A stretch of 64,000 bases of DNA from the NCBI GenBank assembly GCA_013298775.1, contig JAAFIV010000010.1, forward strand, positions 69,049-133,048, in the 5' to 3' direction. The number at the start of each line of letters is the position of its first letter. Position 1 is the stretch's first letter. Shown one piece after another: positions 49,668-58,762 of this stretch. This DNA is from Ignavibacteria bacterium. Lineage in GTDB: Bacteria; Bacteroidota; Ignavibacteria; Kapaibacteriales; UBA4661. The notes under the pieces were generated by a model, which saw only the letters and a list, made by a program, of their open reading frames with translations, did no database searches and had not been told where the DNA came from. The translations under genes and the position numbers were made by a program.

Positions 49668-51629
49668 ATGAATACAAGTACATTCTCAATAAAAAAAATT
49701 CCGCATTATGTCCGTGTAGTCTGGCATCGGGTTGTCCGCCCTCGGTGGTGGAATTTCTTCCATGAAGAGCGCGTCCGCACTCGCCCTCAAGCCGACTTCC
49801 CTACTCGCGCACACCCCTTATTTTTCAACAGCAACGAGTATTCATTACAGAGAACGCTTCTACGCTCGCTCCTTTCCGATGCAGAAATACAGCAGCAAGC
49901 GCGAGAGGCTCGCGAACACCATTTCACATTCTTTTCCAATGCGTTACGAGCGCACGGTGAACAGATTGACTGGCACAAAGATTACGCGAGTGCTGCCAAA
50001 TGGGATTCCTCGAAAGCCGCATCAGAACTAGACTTTGTGCAGTCCGTGAACCGAAGCGATGTGAAATATGTGTGGGATTTGAATAGATGCCAGTGGTTTA
50101 CATGGCTCGGAATGGCGTACTTGCTTGAAAAAGAAGAATATAAAGCACGTACATCTAAAGAATTATTACAAAGCCCAAACGTACAAGCATTCATGCGAGA
50201 TGTGGAATCGTGGCAGGCAGCAAACCCGCTCGGAATGGGTATAAACTGGGCAATGCCGATGGAAGTTGCGATTCGTGCCACAAACTGGATTGTTGCGGCG
50301 AGCTTTTTTTATGAAGCAGAAGAAACGACTGAAGAATTTTGGCAAGGATTTATACGGTCTCTGTGGCAGCACGGCGAGTTTTTATCCTACAATTTGGAAT
50401 TTGTACGCAACAACGCAAACCACTTCATGTCCAACGCGATGGGCTTGGTGGTGATTGGCGCATTCTTTATGCAGCAGAACGATAAAGCATTGAAAAATAA
50501 AGGCAAAAACTGGTTTCAACGCGGCAAACGCTTTATGGAACGAGAAATTATGCGGCAGTTTTATGTGGATGGCGTAAATTATGAAAAATCAACGTCGTAT
50601 CACCGCTTCGTTGTTGAGATGTGTACGCTCGCATTTGTGGCAGCAGAGCGCGTCCAACAGCCCTTCAACAGCGTTTGTTTTCAACGCCTACGGCAATCCT
50701 TTGAATATATTCTCACCTATTCCCGCGCAGACGGCTCTGCGCCTCGCTTTGGCGATACGGATAATGGCAGAGTTCTGCGTTACGTAGCTTCTGAGGATTA
50801 CAACAATCACTTGAAAAACCTAGACTTCGAGTACGTCTTTTTCGGCAATACTATCGTTCCAAAAGAAAGCAGGATAAATTCTTCATTTTCAACGCACTTT
50901 CCGCATGGAAACTACGTTATTTGGCGAGATAAAAACACGCACTTCATGGCGGACATTGGCGATTACGGCATGAATGGCTGGGGCGGGCATGGACACAATG
51001 ATTGTTTATCGTTTGAGCTGTGGGTACAAGGAGAAAGTGTCCTCATTGATAGCGGAACAGGCTGCTACACCAGTAATACCGAGCTTCGCAATGCCCTTCG
51101 CTCCACCAAAGCGCATAATACCGTCATGCTCGAAAACGCTGAACAGACCGAGTACGCTGGCTTGTGGCGCATCAAGCAGGATGAACTTTCCCCTGCTCTT
51201 GTGCAACACATCGCCTCAGAGCAAGGTTTTACGCTGTGCGCAGAGCATTCTGGCTATCTCGTACGCTTTGGCGTGAAGCATCGGCGGACGTGGCAGTTTG
51301 AATCAACCACGATGGAAGCAGATGCGCGACGAGGAAAACTTCGTATCAAGGATGAGTTTATTGCGGGAGAACACCGCCAAAGGCAAGAACTGAAGCGGTC
51401 TTCAGGCGAGGTGAGTTTTATCTTGTCCGATGAGTGCGAATGCGAGCAAATCTCCCCAACCGAGATTCTCTGCCGCTTTCAAACAATGACCTGCACAATA
51501 AGCAACGAAGCGGGTTTACAGAGTGAACGCCGTCCAATTTCCCTTTTTTACGGCGATGTCCGCGAAGGATGGCGTATTTTCGCACCGTGCAGCACAGAAA
51601 CAGTGAGCGAGACGGTTATAGAATGGTAA
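49668..51629 (+). CDS. heparinase II/III-like family protein
   Basis: 'DIGDYGMNGWGGHGHNDCLSFELW' matches the GH.H.D.LSF signature of the Hepar_II_III domain. Confidence 0.65.
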   Translation: MNTSTFSIKKIPHYVRVVWHRVVRPRWWNFFHEERVRTRPQADFPTRAHPLFFNSNEYSLQRTLLRSLLSDAEIQQQAREAREHHFTFFSNALRAHGEQIDWHKDYASAAKWDSSKAASELDFVQSVNRSDVKYVWDLNRCQWFTWLGMAYLLEKEEYKARTSKELLQSPNVQAFMRDVESWQAANPLGMGINWAMPMEVAIRATNWIVAASFFYEAEETTEEFWQGFIRSLWQHGEFLSYNLEFVRNNANHFMSNAMGLVVIGAFFMQQNDKALKNKGKNWFQRGKRFMEREIMRQFYVDGVNYEKSTSYHRFVVEMCTLAFVAAERVQQPFNSVCFQRLRQSFEYILTYSRADGSAPRFGDTDNGRVLRYVASEDYNNHLKNLDFEYVFFGNTIVPKESRINSSFSTHFPHGNYVIWRDKNTHFMADIGDYGMNGWGGHGHNDCLSFELWVQGESVLIDSGTGCYTSNTELRNALRSTKAHNTVMLENAEQTEYAGLWRIKQDELSPALVQHIASEQGFTLCAEHSGYLVRFGVKHRRTWQFESTTMEADARRGKLRIKDEFIAGEHRQRQELKRSSGEVSFILSDECECEQISPTEILCRFQTMTCTISNEAGLQSERRPISLFYGDVREGWRIFAPCSTETVSETVIEW

Positions 51630-51653
51630 TAGCAATGGCAACAGCAGTCCTGC

Positions 51654-52328
51654 TCACATCGCAGCAACCGCCTCTTCTACGCGCTTTTTTATTGCTTTCA
51701 AAATAGCGACTATCTGGAAAATATCATCCTGTGTTGCTACAAACGCATCACTTACCGCATAGTTGCTGTCTTCCAGCACAATAAAAAACCAATTTCGCCC
51801 AACAATATAGCAGCCGTACATTGGTTCTTCGTTGCCGTTCAGTGTGCGTGCGGCGAGCATTTCCACTAGCACTTGCGCTAACGGGTCGTTCGCGCTGCCA
51901 CGCTCTTTTTTGTATTCGTGCAGGAAAAAGAACGGACGACGAGGTTCAACGCGCCCTGTGGCAATCATAAAATCCACCACACCACCAACACGGACAGGTT
52001 GCTCGGTCTCGGCGTTGATGACTGCTTCTAACCTGCGCTGCGTGAAGGCACGAAAGCTGCGTTGGTCGAAATCAATAATTTGCATGAGCGGACCAAGAAA
52101 TTTGAATTTGAGTTCGTCTTCATTCCATGCAATTACATTATCGGCAAGAAATCGGGATAGCCGCTCAATCTGCGATTTCTCTAGCGCATCGCCACTGTAC
52201 GGGCTGGACAACCACTCTTGAAGCACGGCACTGTGAGGGATTTGGTTCAATCCAAGCTCAAGAGAGGCAGTATCTTCATTCCACGAAGCAAAGGGGCGAA
52301 GCGGCAGTTTGGGAGTTTTCGTTTTCAT
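51654..52328 (-). CDS. PD-(D/E)XK nuclease-like protein, HsdR-N-terminal-domain (HSDR_N)-like; tandem paralog 1
   Basis: 'ELKFKFLGPLMQIIDF ... VVDFMIATG ... FFFLHEYKKE ... AQVLVEM' fits the E / D / E-x-K / Q layout. It is about 80% identical to the next gene over the C-terminal roughly 170 aa. Confidence 0.45.
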   Translation of the reverse strand: MKTKTPKLPLRPFASWNEDTASLELGLNQIPHSAVLQEWLSSPYSGDALEKSQIERLSRFLADNVIAWNEDELKFKFLGPLMQIIDFDQRSFRAFTQRRLEAVINAETEQPVRVGGVVDFMIATGRVEPRRPFFFLHEYKKERGSANDPLAQVLVEMLAARTLNGNEEPMYGCYIVGRNWFFIVLEDSNYAVSDAFVATQDDIFQIVAILKAIKKRVEEAVAAM

Positions 52329-52368
52329 TGGACTTTGAAGGAAATAATCAGAAATGCGCGTACCACGC

Positions 52369-53049
52369 TTACATCGCAGCAACAGCCTCTTCTACGCGCT
52401 TTTTCATAGCTTTCAAAATTGCCACTATCTGGAAAATATCATCCTGCGTTGCATCAAATGTATTGCTTACCGCATAGTTGCTGCCTTCCAGCACAATAAA
52501 AAACCAATTGCGCCCAACGATATAGCAGCCGTACATTGGCTCATTATCGCCCTTACCGTTCAGTGTGCGTGCGGCAATCATTTCCACCAGCACTTGCCCA
52601 AGCGGGTCGTTGTCGCCACCACGCTCTTTTTTGTACTCATGCAGGAAAAAAAATGGATGACGAGGTTCGACGCGCCCTGTGGCAATCATAAAATCCACCA
52701 CACCACCAACGCGGACAGGCTTTTCCGTCTCGGCGTTGATGATTGCCTCCAATTTTCGCTGCGTGAAAGCACGGAAGCGGCGTTCATCAAAATTGATGAT
52801 GCGCATAAGCGGACCGAGAAATTTGAATTTGAGTTCGTCTTCATTCCAAAACTCTACGTTGTCAAACAAAAATTCTTTCAGCAGCGAGACAGCTTCCGTC
52901 TCAGTTTTCGACAATGTATTCTCTGCCTTCAGCCATGCCATAAGCAGTGGCGAAGTACGTGTGCGCTGCATCGTGAATTCGCGGTCAATATCGTCCACAT
53001 TCCACGAAGCAAAAGAGCGAAGCGGTAATTTTGGGGTTTTCGTTTTCAT
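52369..53049 (-). CDS. PD-(D/E)XK nuclease-like protein, HSDR_N-like; tandem paralog 2
   Basis: The first 11 residues are identical to paralog 1, residues 18-70 are divergent, and the C-terminus is near-identical ('...ATQDDIFQIVAILKAMKKRVEEAVAAM'). Confidence 0.45.
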   Translation of the reverse strand: MKTKTPKLPLRSFASWNVDDIDREFTMQRTRTSPLLMAWLKAENTLSKTETEAVSLLKEFLFDNVEFWNEDELKFKFLGPLMRIINFDERRFRAFTQRKLEAIINAETEKPVRVGGVVDFMIATGRVEPRHPFFFLHEYKKERGGDNDPLGQVLVEMIAARTLNGKGDNEPMYGCYIVGRNWFFIVLEGSNYAVSNTFDATQDDIFQIVAILKAMKKRVEEAVAAM

Positions 53050-53130
53050 AAGATTTGAGGGGATAAAAAGACGTGAAGACCAGTTCCACACACAAATATA
53101 CGAAAAATTCACGCGCTCTGTCTGCTGTTC

Positions 53131-53724
53131 CTAAAACGTCCCGCCAAAGCTCAGACCGCCCCAAGGAAAGCCCGTCGCCAGCACACCTGGCACAGCAACG
53201 AAAAACGGCGTAAAGGCAGCACGAAAGCTAAATCCGCCCTCTTTTGGTTGAAAGCGATACGCAGCCAAAAGCTGTCCACCCGCACCGTTGAGCGAAGTAA
53301 AAGTATATCCTGCGTTGCTAATATCCACCGTGAGTGAGCCAATCAAAACGGTAATCCCGCCGCCAAGCTCGATATGGTGCGGGCTTTCGGGAAAATTGAT
53401 GACATACGCGCTGGTAATGGGAATGGTTGTCAGCGAGAGTTTTGTGAGCGTTGCTACACCTGCATCTAAATTGCTAATTGTTGGGTTAAAAGCACTTACG
53501 CCTACGCGCACCGCCCACGTTGGCGAAATGAGGCGGTCGTAATTGATGGAATATAACCCGCCGCTTCCCAATGCTTCTACGTAAACAAAATTCTTTGCCG
53601 TTCTCTCAAAGTCGCTTGATTGCTGGGCTTGCTGAATTTCTTGTGCTTTCGCGCTTGCAATGGCGCAAATTATTACGCACAACACAAGAAAAATATGCCA
53701 TAATTGCTTACAAATACTAGACAT
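53131..53724 (-). CDS. small outer-membrane beta-barrel protein
   Basis: Signal peptide 'VLCVIICAIASAKAQ'. Alternating beta-strand pattern with a C-terminal '...GGLSFGGTF' aromatic residue. Confidence 0.5.
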   Translation of the reverse strand: MSSICKQLWHIFLVLCVIICAIASAKAQEIQQAQQSSDFERTAKNFVYVEALGSGGLYSINYDRLISPTWAVRVGVSAFNPTISNLDAGVATLTKLSLTTIPITSAYVINFPESPHHIELGGGITVLIGSLTVDISNAGYTFTSLNGAGGQLLAAYRFQPKEGGFSFRAAFTPFFVAVPGVLATGFPWGGLSFGGTF

Positions 53725-53783
53725 AACTCCTCCTTGAATGATTAAATTTTCGTACTTGGTCAAACGTTATTCGCAAACGTGGA

Positions 53784-53952
53784 AATAACGATATTTTGTA
53801 ATTAGTCAGGTACTTATCTCGTCGGGCGGCTGTTATCACAAGCACAGTAGCCGTCCGGCGAGTGCTGTACAAGCGACGCACCCCCGCCGGACGGCGGCGT
53901 TTCTACAGCCCTTAGCCGCCCGACGGGAAGACCTGACCAATAACGATATTTT
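53784..53952. mobile_element. MITE-like element, family C copy 2 (141 bp) flanked by 14-bp direct repeat aataacgatatttt
   Basis: Direct repeats at 53784-53797 and 53939-53952. TIRs are tagtcaggtacttatctcgtcgggcggc / gccgcccgacgggaagacctgacc. Internal nested inverted repeats gccgtccggcg / cgccggacggc are present. Confidence 0.7.
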
Positions 53953-55061
53953 CACGCAAGCACCACCGAAAGCCCTTGAAACCGCTCAAATGCCACGAGT
54001 GATTCCGCCATATCCGCCGCAGAAAGGCTTGATTTCGCCTCAAAAAAGTGCGGTTCAATCACAAGCGTATTTTTCCGTGCAGTACGCTTCCAAACCCCGA
54101 CAACACGACCATTTACAACAATCATCGGCTTAAAAATACCGTTTTTCGTGATTGCTTCGCTGTGGAAACGCGCCTCAAAGACGGCAGTTCGGTCTTTGTA
54201 GCTCACGCAGTATTCATCGAAGGCGGGCAGAAAAAGGATGTTCTTCCCTCGCTTTGGTTCTGTAAAATTCGACAAAAGTTGTTGTATTTCAACATTATTT
54301 GGCATCCAATACGTTTTTCCCTCAATGTCGCACTGATGCAGCTTTTCGGAAATGCTCTTCAATCCCACACGAGCATCGGGCATCGGCAGACCCGACCACC
54401 AGTGGAAGTCCTGAAGCGTTGCGGGCGCGTGGCTCAGGAAATAACGTTCCGCTAGCACCGACAGTGCTTCCTCACGGGAGAATGTTACTCCTTTGTGCGG
54501 TACTTTTTCATCCAACAGCGCGTAGGTTTGGTTATTGCCGCGCGGTGTGCCGTTGCAGACAATCGCGTCGGTTTCGGCGTTCATCATAAAAAGAACGGCG
54601 CGGCTGGAATTGGTCGCGATTCCTTGCTGCTCCAGCGATTGCATCACTTCTTCCCGCGTGAGATGCTTTCCACCTTCGAGTGCTTTCACAATCGCATCAT
54701 TCGCGCGGGCGTACAAGGCAGCATCCATGCTGTGTGTGCGCTCGTGCGATGCAAAAGCGGCTTTGATATGCTTTCCTGTTAAGGCTTGCATCCAGCGCAC
54801 ATCCTCGCCTGCGACAATATGCCACGTGGGGCGCATCACGTGCGTACGCACGAGCGCACCACTCTCCAACGCCGCTTCAACACTTGCTTTTGTGGTTGCG
54901 GGCAGACGCACACCGATTGCCCAATGCACCATATCTGCGTCCTGCGCTTGCAATGCGCCCATTGCAGAAGCAAGCATTGACGGGCTTTGGGGAATATTTT
55001 GCTGCGTGAGATATTGAAAATGCAAGCGCAGCGCGGGAATATCGGCGAGTGTGAATGTCAT
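53952..55061 (-). CDS. AlkZ/YcaQ-family (DUF1006, winged-helix) DNA glycosylase-like protein
   Basis: N-terminus 'FTLADIPALRLHFQYL...ALQAQDADMVHW' parallels E. coli YcaQ 'LSLADARNLHLAAQGL...LLQIDTINIVAR' as recalled. A Q-A-Q-D catalytic-motif candidate is present. 'FHWW' occurs later. Confidence 0.55.
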   Translation of the reverse strand: MTFTLADIPALRLHFQYLTQQNIPQSPSMLASAMGALQAQDADMVHWAIGVRLPATTKASVEAALESGALVRTHVMRPTWHIVAGEDVRWMQALTGKHIKAAFASHERTHSMDAALYARANDAIVKALEGGKHLTREEVMQSLEQQGIATNSSRAVLFMMNAETDAIVCNGTPRGNNQTYALLDEKVPHKGVTFSREEALSVLAERYFLSHAPATLQDFHWWSGLPMPDARVGLKSISEKLHQCDIEGKTYWMPNNVEIQQLLSNFTEPKRGKNILFLPAFDEYCVSYKDRTAVFEARFHSEAITKNGIFKPMIVVNGRVVGVWKRTARKNTLVIEPHFFEAKSSLSAADMAESLVAFERFQGLSVVLA

Positions 55062-55747
55062 GGCAATTCCTGAATTTGTCGAAAAATATTTCGTAAAAAT
55101 AGCTTCCGATGAAGCGAGCAAGCACCATATTTAACAATGGCTTCACGATGCTCTTTTGTTGCATATCCCTTATGTTTGGCAAAATTATAGCTCGGAAAGT
55201 TTAAATGTGCTACATCGCGCATATACGCATCTCGCGCTACCTTCGCAACAATGGAAGCCGCAGAAATACAGGGATAAATTGCATCTCCCCGCACAATCGT
55301 TTGCGCATCAAACAAAAACTCGGTTGAATGGAAGTAGTTTCCATCCACTAAAATTTTAATATTATTGCTTTGTGCAATAGCGTCATTATATTGAAGAAGC
55401 TGATGCAATGCGGTGTGCATTGCATTCATCGTTGCTTGTAAAACATTTATTTTGGCAATCGTTTCTACGCTGGCAATGCCCATTCCCACCATTGCCTCAG
55501 CACTGATGCGCTCGGCAAGGCGTTCGCGTTGGCGCGGAGAAAGTTTTTTGGAATCGCGCAGCCCGCTTGTATCAAAACCTTCGGGCAGTATCACCGCCGC
55601 CGCGTAGAGTGGTCCCGCCAAGCAACCACGCCCGACCTCATCTACCCCGATAAGAATTTTTTGCTCTCTGTCTTTCTTTGCCACAATACGATGGAATGAG
55701 GGTTGTAAACAGAAAGTGAGACTTTCAATAATCATTGAAAGTCTCAC
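55058..55747 (-). CDS. rnhB: ribonuclease HII
   Basis: 'ILIGVDEVGRGCLAGPLYAAAVIL' and 'LVDGN' are RNase HII catalytic motifs. Confidence 0.85.
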   Translation of the reverse strand: MRLSMIIESLTFCLQPSFHRIVAKKDREQKILIGVDEVGRGCLAGPLYAAAVILPEGFDTSGLRDSKKLSPRQRERLAERISAEAMVGMGIASVETIAKINVLQATMNAMHTALHQLLQYNDAIAQSNNIKILVDGNYFHSTEFLFDAQTIVRGDAIYPCISAASIVAKVARDAYMRDVAHLNFPSYNFAKHKGYATKEHREAIVKYGACSLHRKLFLRNIFRQIQELP

Positions 55748-55773
55748 TATTACTTGTGTTTAGGCAATATTTT

Positions 55774-56625
55774 TTACGAGCCAATCAAGGAGAAAAACTC
55801 GCGGCGCAAGGTTTCATCCCGCTCCAAGCGTCCGCGCACTGCTGTGGTAATCATCAAGGCTTTTTCTTCTTCGCTGTTCACGCCGCGAGCAATCATGCAG
55901 TAGTGGCGCGATTTAATCACCACACCGATTGCTTTTGGCTTTAACACAGTATTCAGATATTCCGCAATCTGCTCGCCCAATTCTTCCTGAATCTGCCCGC
56001 GACGCGAGAACCAATCAGCAATGCGTGTGAGCTTGGACAAACCAATCACCGATTCGCCAGGAATGTAGCCAATCGTGCAGGTGCCGGAAATTGTTTGCCA
56101 ATGGTGCGAACAGACCGACATCACGCCAATTCCCTTGCTTATCACGAGTTCATCCACCTGTTTGCGATTCGGGAAGACTGTGACCTTCGGAGCGGCTTCG
56201 TATCTACCTTTGAAGATTTCATCAATCCACATTTTTGCCAGACGATTCGGCGTATCACGCGAGTTCGGGTCGTTGCGGTCAATACGCAAAATATCGAATA
56301 ATTCTTGTACTTTTTGCTCTGCAAGCCGCTTCATTTCTTCGCGCTCGTAGGCAGTTAGGACGGTGTTTCCGTTGGCATCGAAGAGCTTGTAGCCAAGCGA
56401 ACTCATGCTCGGCAAAGCTGGCAGACTCTCGCTGCGCGGTATGGAAACGTGGTCAGTATCTATTTCGTTGTCGTCAGAAAAACCAAAGACGGGAGGCTCC
56501 AAAAGAGCAATCTCGTCGTGGTTGTGGTCGTCGTGGTCATGTTCACACGTGCCTTTTTGTGCCGTGCCGTTGCTGCTTCCGTTAGTATTGCGATGAAAGC
56601 CATTCAAACCGTTCATTTTACTCAT
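55774..56625 (-). CDS. folE: GTP cyclohydrolase I (FolE) with about 95-aa His-rich N-terminal extension
   Basis: Core 'DTPNRLAKMWIDEIFKG ... VMSVCSHHWQTISGTCTIGYIP ... LSKLTRIADWFSRRGQIQEEL'. The extension contains 'CEHDHDDHNHDE'. The alternative internal start at 56334 would remove it, but the extension is stop-free for 97 codons. Confidence 0.8.
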   Translation of the reverse strand: MSKMNGLNGFHRNTNGSSNGTAQKGTCEHDHDDHNHDEIALLEPPVFGFSDDNEIDTDHVSIPRSESLPALPSMSSLGYKLFDANGNTVLTAYEREEMKRLAEQKVQELFDILRIDRNDPNSRDTPNRLAKMWIDEIFKGRYEAAPKVTVFPNRKQVDELVISKGIGVMSVCSHHWQTISGTCTIGYIPGESVIGLSKLTRIADWFSRRGQIQEELGEQIAEYLNTVLKPKAIGVVIKSRHYCMIARGVNSEEEKALMITTAVRGRLERDETLRREFFSLIGS

Positions 56626-56757
56626 TGTTCAGTTCCTTTCGTTGCGGGGGTAATTGCTTTGGTGTCGTGCGCGTTATGGTGAAGTGATTATAGTCTCAGC
56701 ACGGGTGGTAAATGCTGTGTTTCGGGCAATGTTGGTGCAATCGTGTTCGGCGTACAT

Positions 56758-57222
56758 TTACACAAGTTCAGCGTACGCACTTTCATTTTGCAGTGCAAAT
56801 TTCTTAATTTTCACTGGTTCACCAAAGTATTCGCAAAAATTATTGTCGGACTCAAACAGTTTGAGAGAATGCAACTTGCCGCTTGGGAGCTTTGCATCAA
56901 TCGCGCTCCAAAACATGACAGCAAGATTCTCTACCGTCGGGATGATTCCCTGCAAGAAGTCCACATCATAGTTCAAATGTTTGTGGTCCACCTTATCAAT
57001 AATTTCTGCATTCAAAATGTCTCGAAGCCGCTTCAAATCTATCACGTAGCCCGTTTCTGGGTCGGGCATTCCCGCAACGGTTACTTCCATCACGTAGTTA
57101 TGCCCGTGTCCGCGTGGGTTGTTGCATTTGTCGAATACGGCTTCATTGCGCTCATCTGACCAATCGGGATTGTACAAACGATGCGATGCCGAAAAGTGTT
57201 CTTTGCGTGTAACGTACACCAT
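56758..57222 (-). CDS. 6-carboxy-tetrahydropterin synthase QueD / 6-pyruvoyl-tetrahydropterin synthase family
   Basis: 'EHFSASHRLYNP...CNNPRGHGHNYVMEV' carries the Cys plus HGH zinc/catalytic motif of the PTPS/QueD family. Confidence 0.8.
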   Translation of the reverse strand: MVYVTRKEHFSASHRLYNPDWSDERNEAVFDKCNNPRGHGHNYVMEVTVAGMPDPETGYVIDLKRLRDILNAEIIDKVDHKHLNYDVDFLQGIIPTVENLAVMFWSAIDAKLPSGKLHSLKLFESDNNFCEYFGEPVKIKKFALQNESAYAELV

Positions 57223-57446
57223 ACCTTGCGTTCCTTATGTTCAAAGAAATTCGTAAATGTTGATTCTCTCCTAAACACGAATGAGAAGCATTCCTATTGT
57301 GCCGCATTCCGCGTAAAAGCACGGAAATTGTGTGGTCAGAACGAAAATTTAGCATAATTTTGAGGACTACGCGAGCGTAAAAACTGATGGTAGCATCATT
57401 ATTGGTGTATTATTTCTTCAAGAAAACTCAATCTTTGCCAAACTGC

Positions 57447-58235
57447 ATGAAATCTGATTCCCTTTTTTACAAATACTTCCAGCTTTTGCCTGAGGCTTTG
57501 CTCATGCTTGCGGGCGAGGATACATCGCGCATTCAGGATATATCGTCGTACAGTTTTCAATCGGTGGAAATCAAGGATTTATCCTTCCGCTTCGATGGTG
57601 TGCTTGCCAAAGCAGATTTTTCCGAGAAATTCTACTTCGTGGAAGTGCAGTTTCAAAAGGATGAACGCCTATTTCGGCGCGTCTTTGCGGAGATTATGCT
57701 GTATTTGTATCAGCAAAATTTACCCACGAACTGGCGTGCAATTGTAATTTTCCCACAACGCAGTACCGATGCGGGTGTGCCAGAAGATTTGGCGGAATAT
57801 CTTGCGTCGGAACGCCTAAAAGTGGTATATTTGGACGAGGTATCTGACGAACTTTTGCAAGAATTTCCGCTCAGTTTGCTCAACATTTTTACTGCCAAAT
57901 CAAACGAAAAAGACGTTACAACAGCAGTACAACAAGCAATAGTACAACAAACCGCATTGCTCGACGACATAGATTTCATGCGCTTTTTGAAGCGATTACT
58001 TTCCGAAAAACTTCCCCATCTCAACTACAAGGAGATTGCTGCCATGTTTGAACCAATGCTCACACCCTTCGAGGAAACACGCTATTACAAAGATTTACAG
58101 GAAATGAAGCAACAAGTAGAACAACAGAAACAAGAAGCAATCGCCCACAGAATGCTCCGAATGGGATTTAGCCTCGAACAAGTTGCAGAAGCGACTGAAC
58201 TTACCATTGATGAGGTGCGACTTTTGATACAATAA
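57447..58235 (+). CDS. Rpn-family recombination-promoting nuclease/putative transposase (PD-(D/E)XK N-domain + DUF4351 C-domain)
   Basis: 'SLFYKYFQLLPEALLMLAGE...RFDGVL...FVEVQFQKD' is Rpn-like. The C-terminal 'MGFSLEQVAEATELTIDEVRLLIQ' is DUF4351-like. Confidence 0.65.
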   Translation: MKSDSLFYKYFQLLPEALLMLAGEDTSRIQDISSYSFQSVEIKDLSFRFDGVLAKADFSEKFYFVEVQFQKDERLFRRVFAEIMLYLYQQNLPTNWRAIVIFPQRSTDAGVPEDLAEYLASERLKVVYLDEVSDELLQEFPLSLLNIFTAKSNEKDVTTAVQQAIVQQTALLDDIDFMRFLKRLLSEKLPHLNYKEIAAMFEPMLTPFEETRYYKDLQEMKQQVEQQKQEAIAHRMLRMGFSLEQVAEATELTIDEVRLLIQ

Positions 58236-58248
58236 TCATTGAAATCAA

Positions 58249-58305
58249 AAAAAAGCGAGAGAGAAAACGGCTCAAATGCCGCATTCTCTCTCGCTTTTTT
58301 TTAGT
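58249..58305. terminator. bidirectional rho-independent terminator
   Basis: aaaaaaaagcgagagagaa ... ttctctctcgctttttttt. Confidence 0.8.
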
Positions 58306-58315
58306 GCATTACTTT

Positions 58316-58744
58316 TCAAATCATTTCCAAGCCATGTTGCTCGCACCACTCCTGCAAGGCTCGTCGTTGCTCGCTTTCTTCAAAAGCATACCATTTTTTT
58401 GTGTAATTTCGATTTTCGAGAAAAGACCTGAACTTACGATACGCACCTTTGCTACGAAAAATATCAAAAACCCACTCCTTTTCATCGGCATTCAATTCCT
58501 GCTCGGCAAAGCGAAAAACAACACGCGAACCCAACTCTAAATCACGGCTCGTGGGCATGGGCAAGTATTTTTCTTCATTGTCAATGTCCTCTGGCAGGTC
58601 TTCTTCGCTCTCAGAATCATCAAATGTGGTTGAGGTGAGGATAGCTCCTGTTGCCACGTCAATAAACGCTTTGCAATCACTATAATCATTATCAACCCAC
58701 ACCAATGCTTCAAGAAGGTCGTCAAGTTTTACGCTCGTCGGCAT
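58316..58744 (-). CDS. hypothetical acidic protein
   Basis: 142-aa ORF with no recognised family. It is convergent with the Rpn gene across a terminator. Confidence 0.4.
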   Translation of the reverse strand: MPTSVKLDDLLEALVWVDNDYSDCKAFIDVATGAILTSTTFDDSESEEDLPEDIDNEEKYLPMPTSRDLELGSRVVFRFAEQELNADEKEWVFDIFRSKGAYRKFRSFLENRNYTKKWYAFEESEQRRALQEWCEQHGLEMI

Positions 58745-58762
58745 TTGTCTTTCCTCGTTTCG

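Noticed and set aside
57223-57386. Looked for a preQ1 riboswitch upstream of queD (minus strand)
   Set aside because: No match to the short preQ1-I/II consensus could be seen by eye. A covariance-model scan would be needed.
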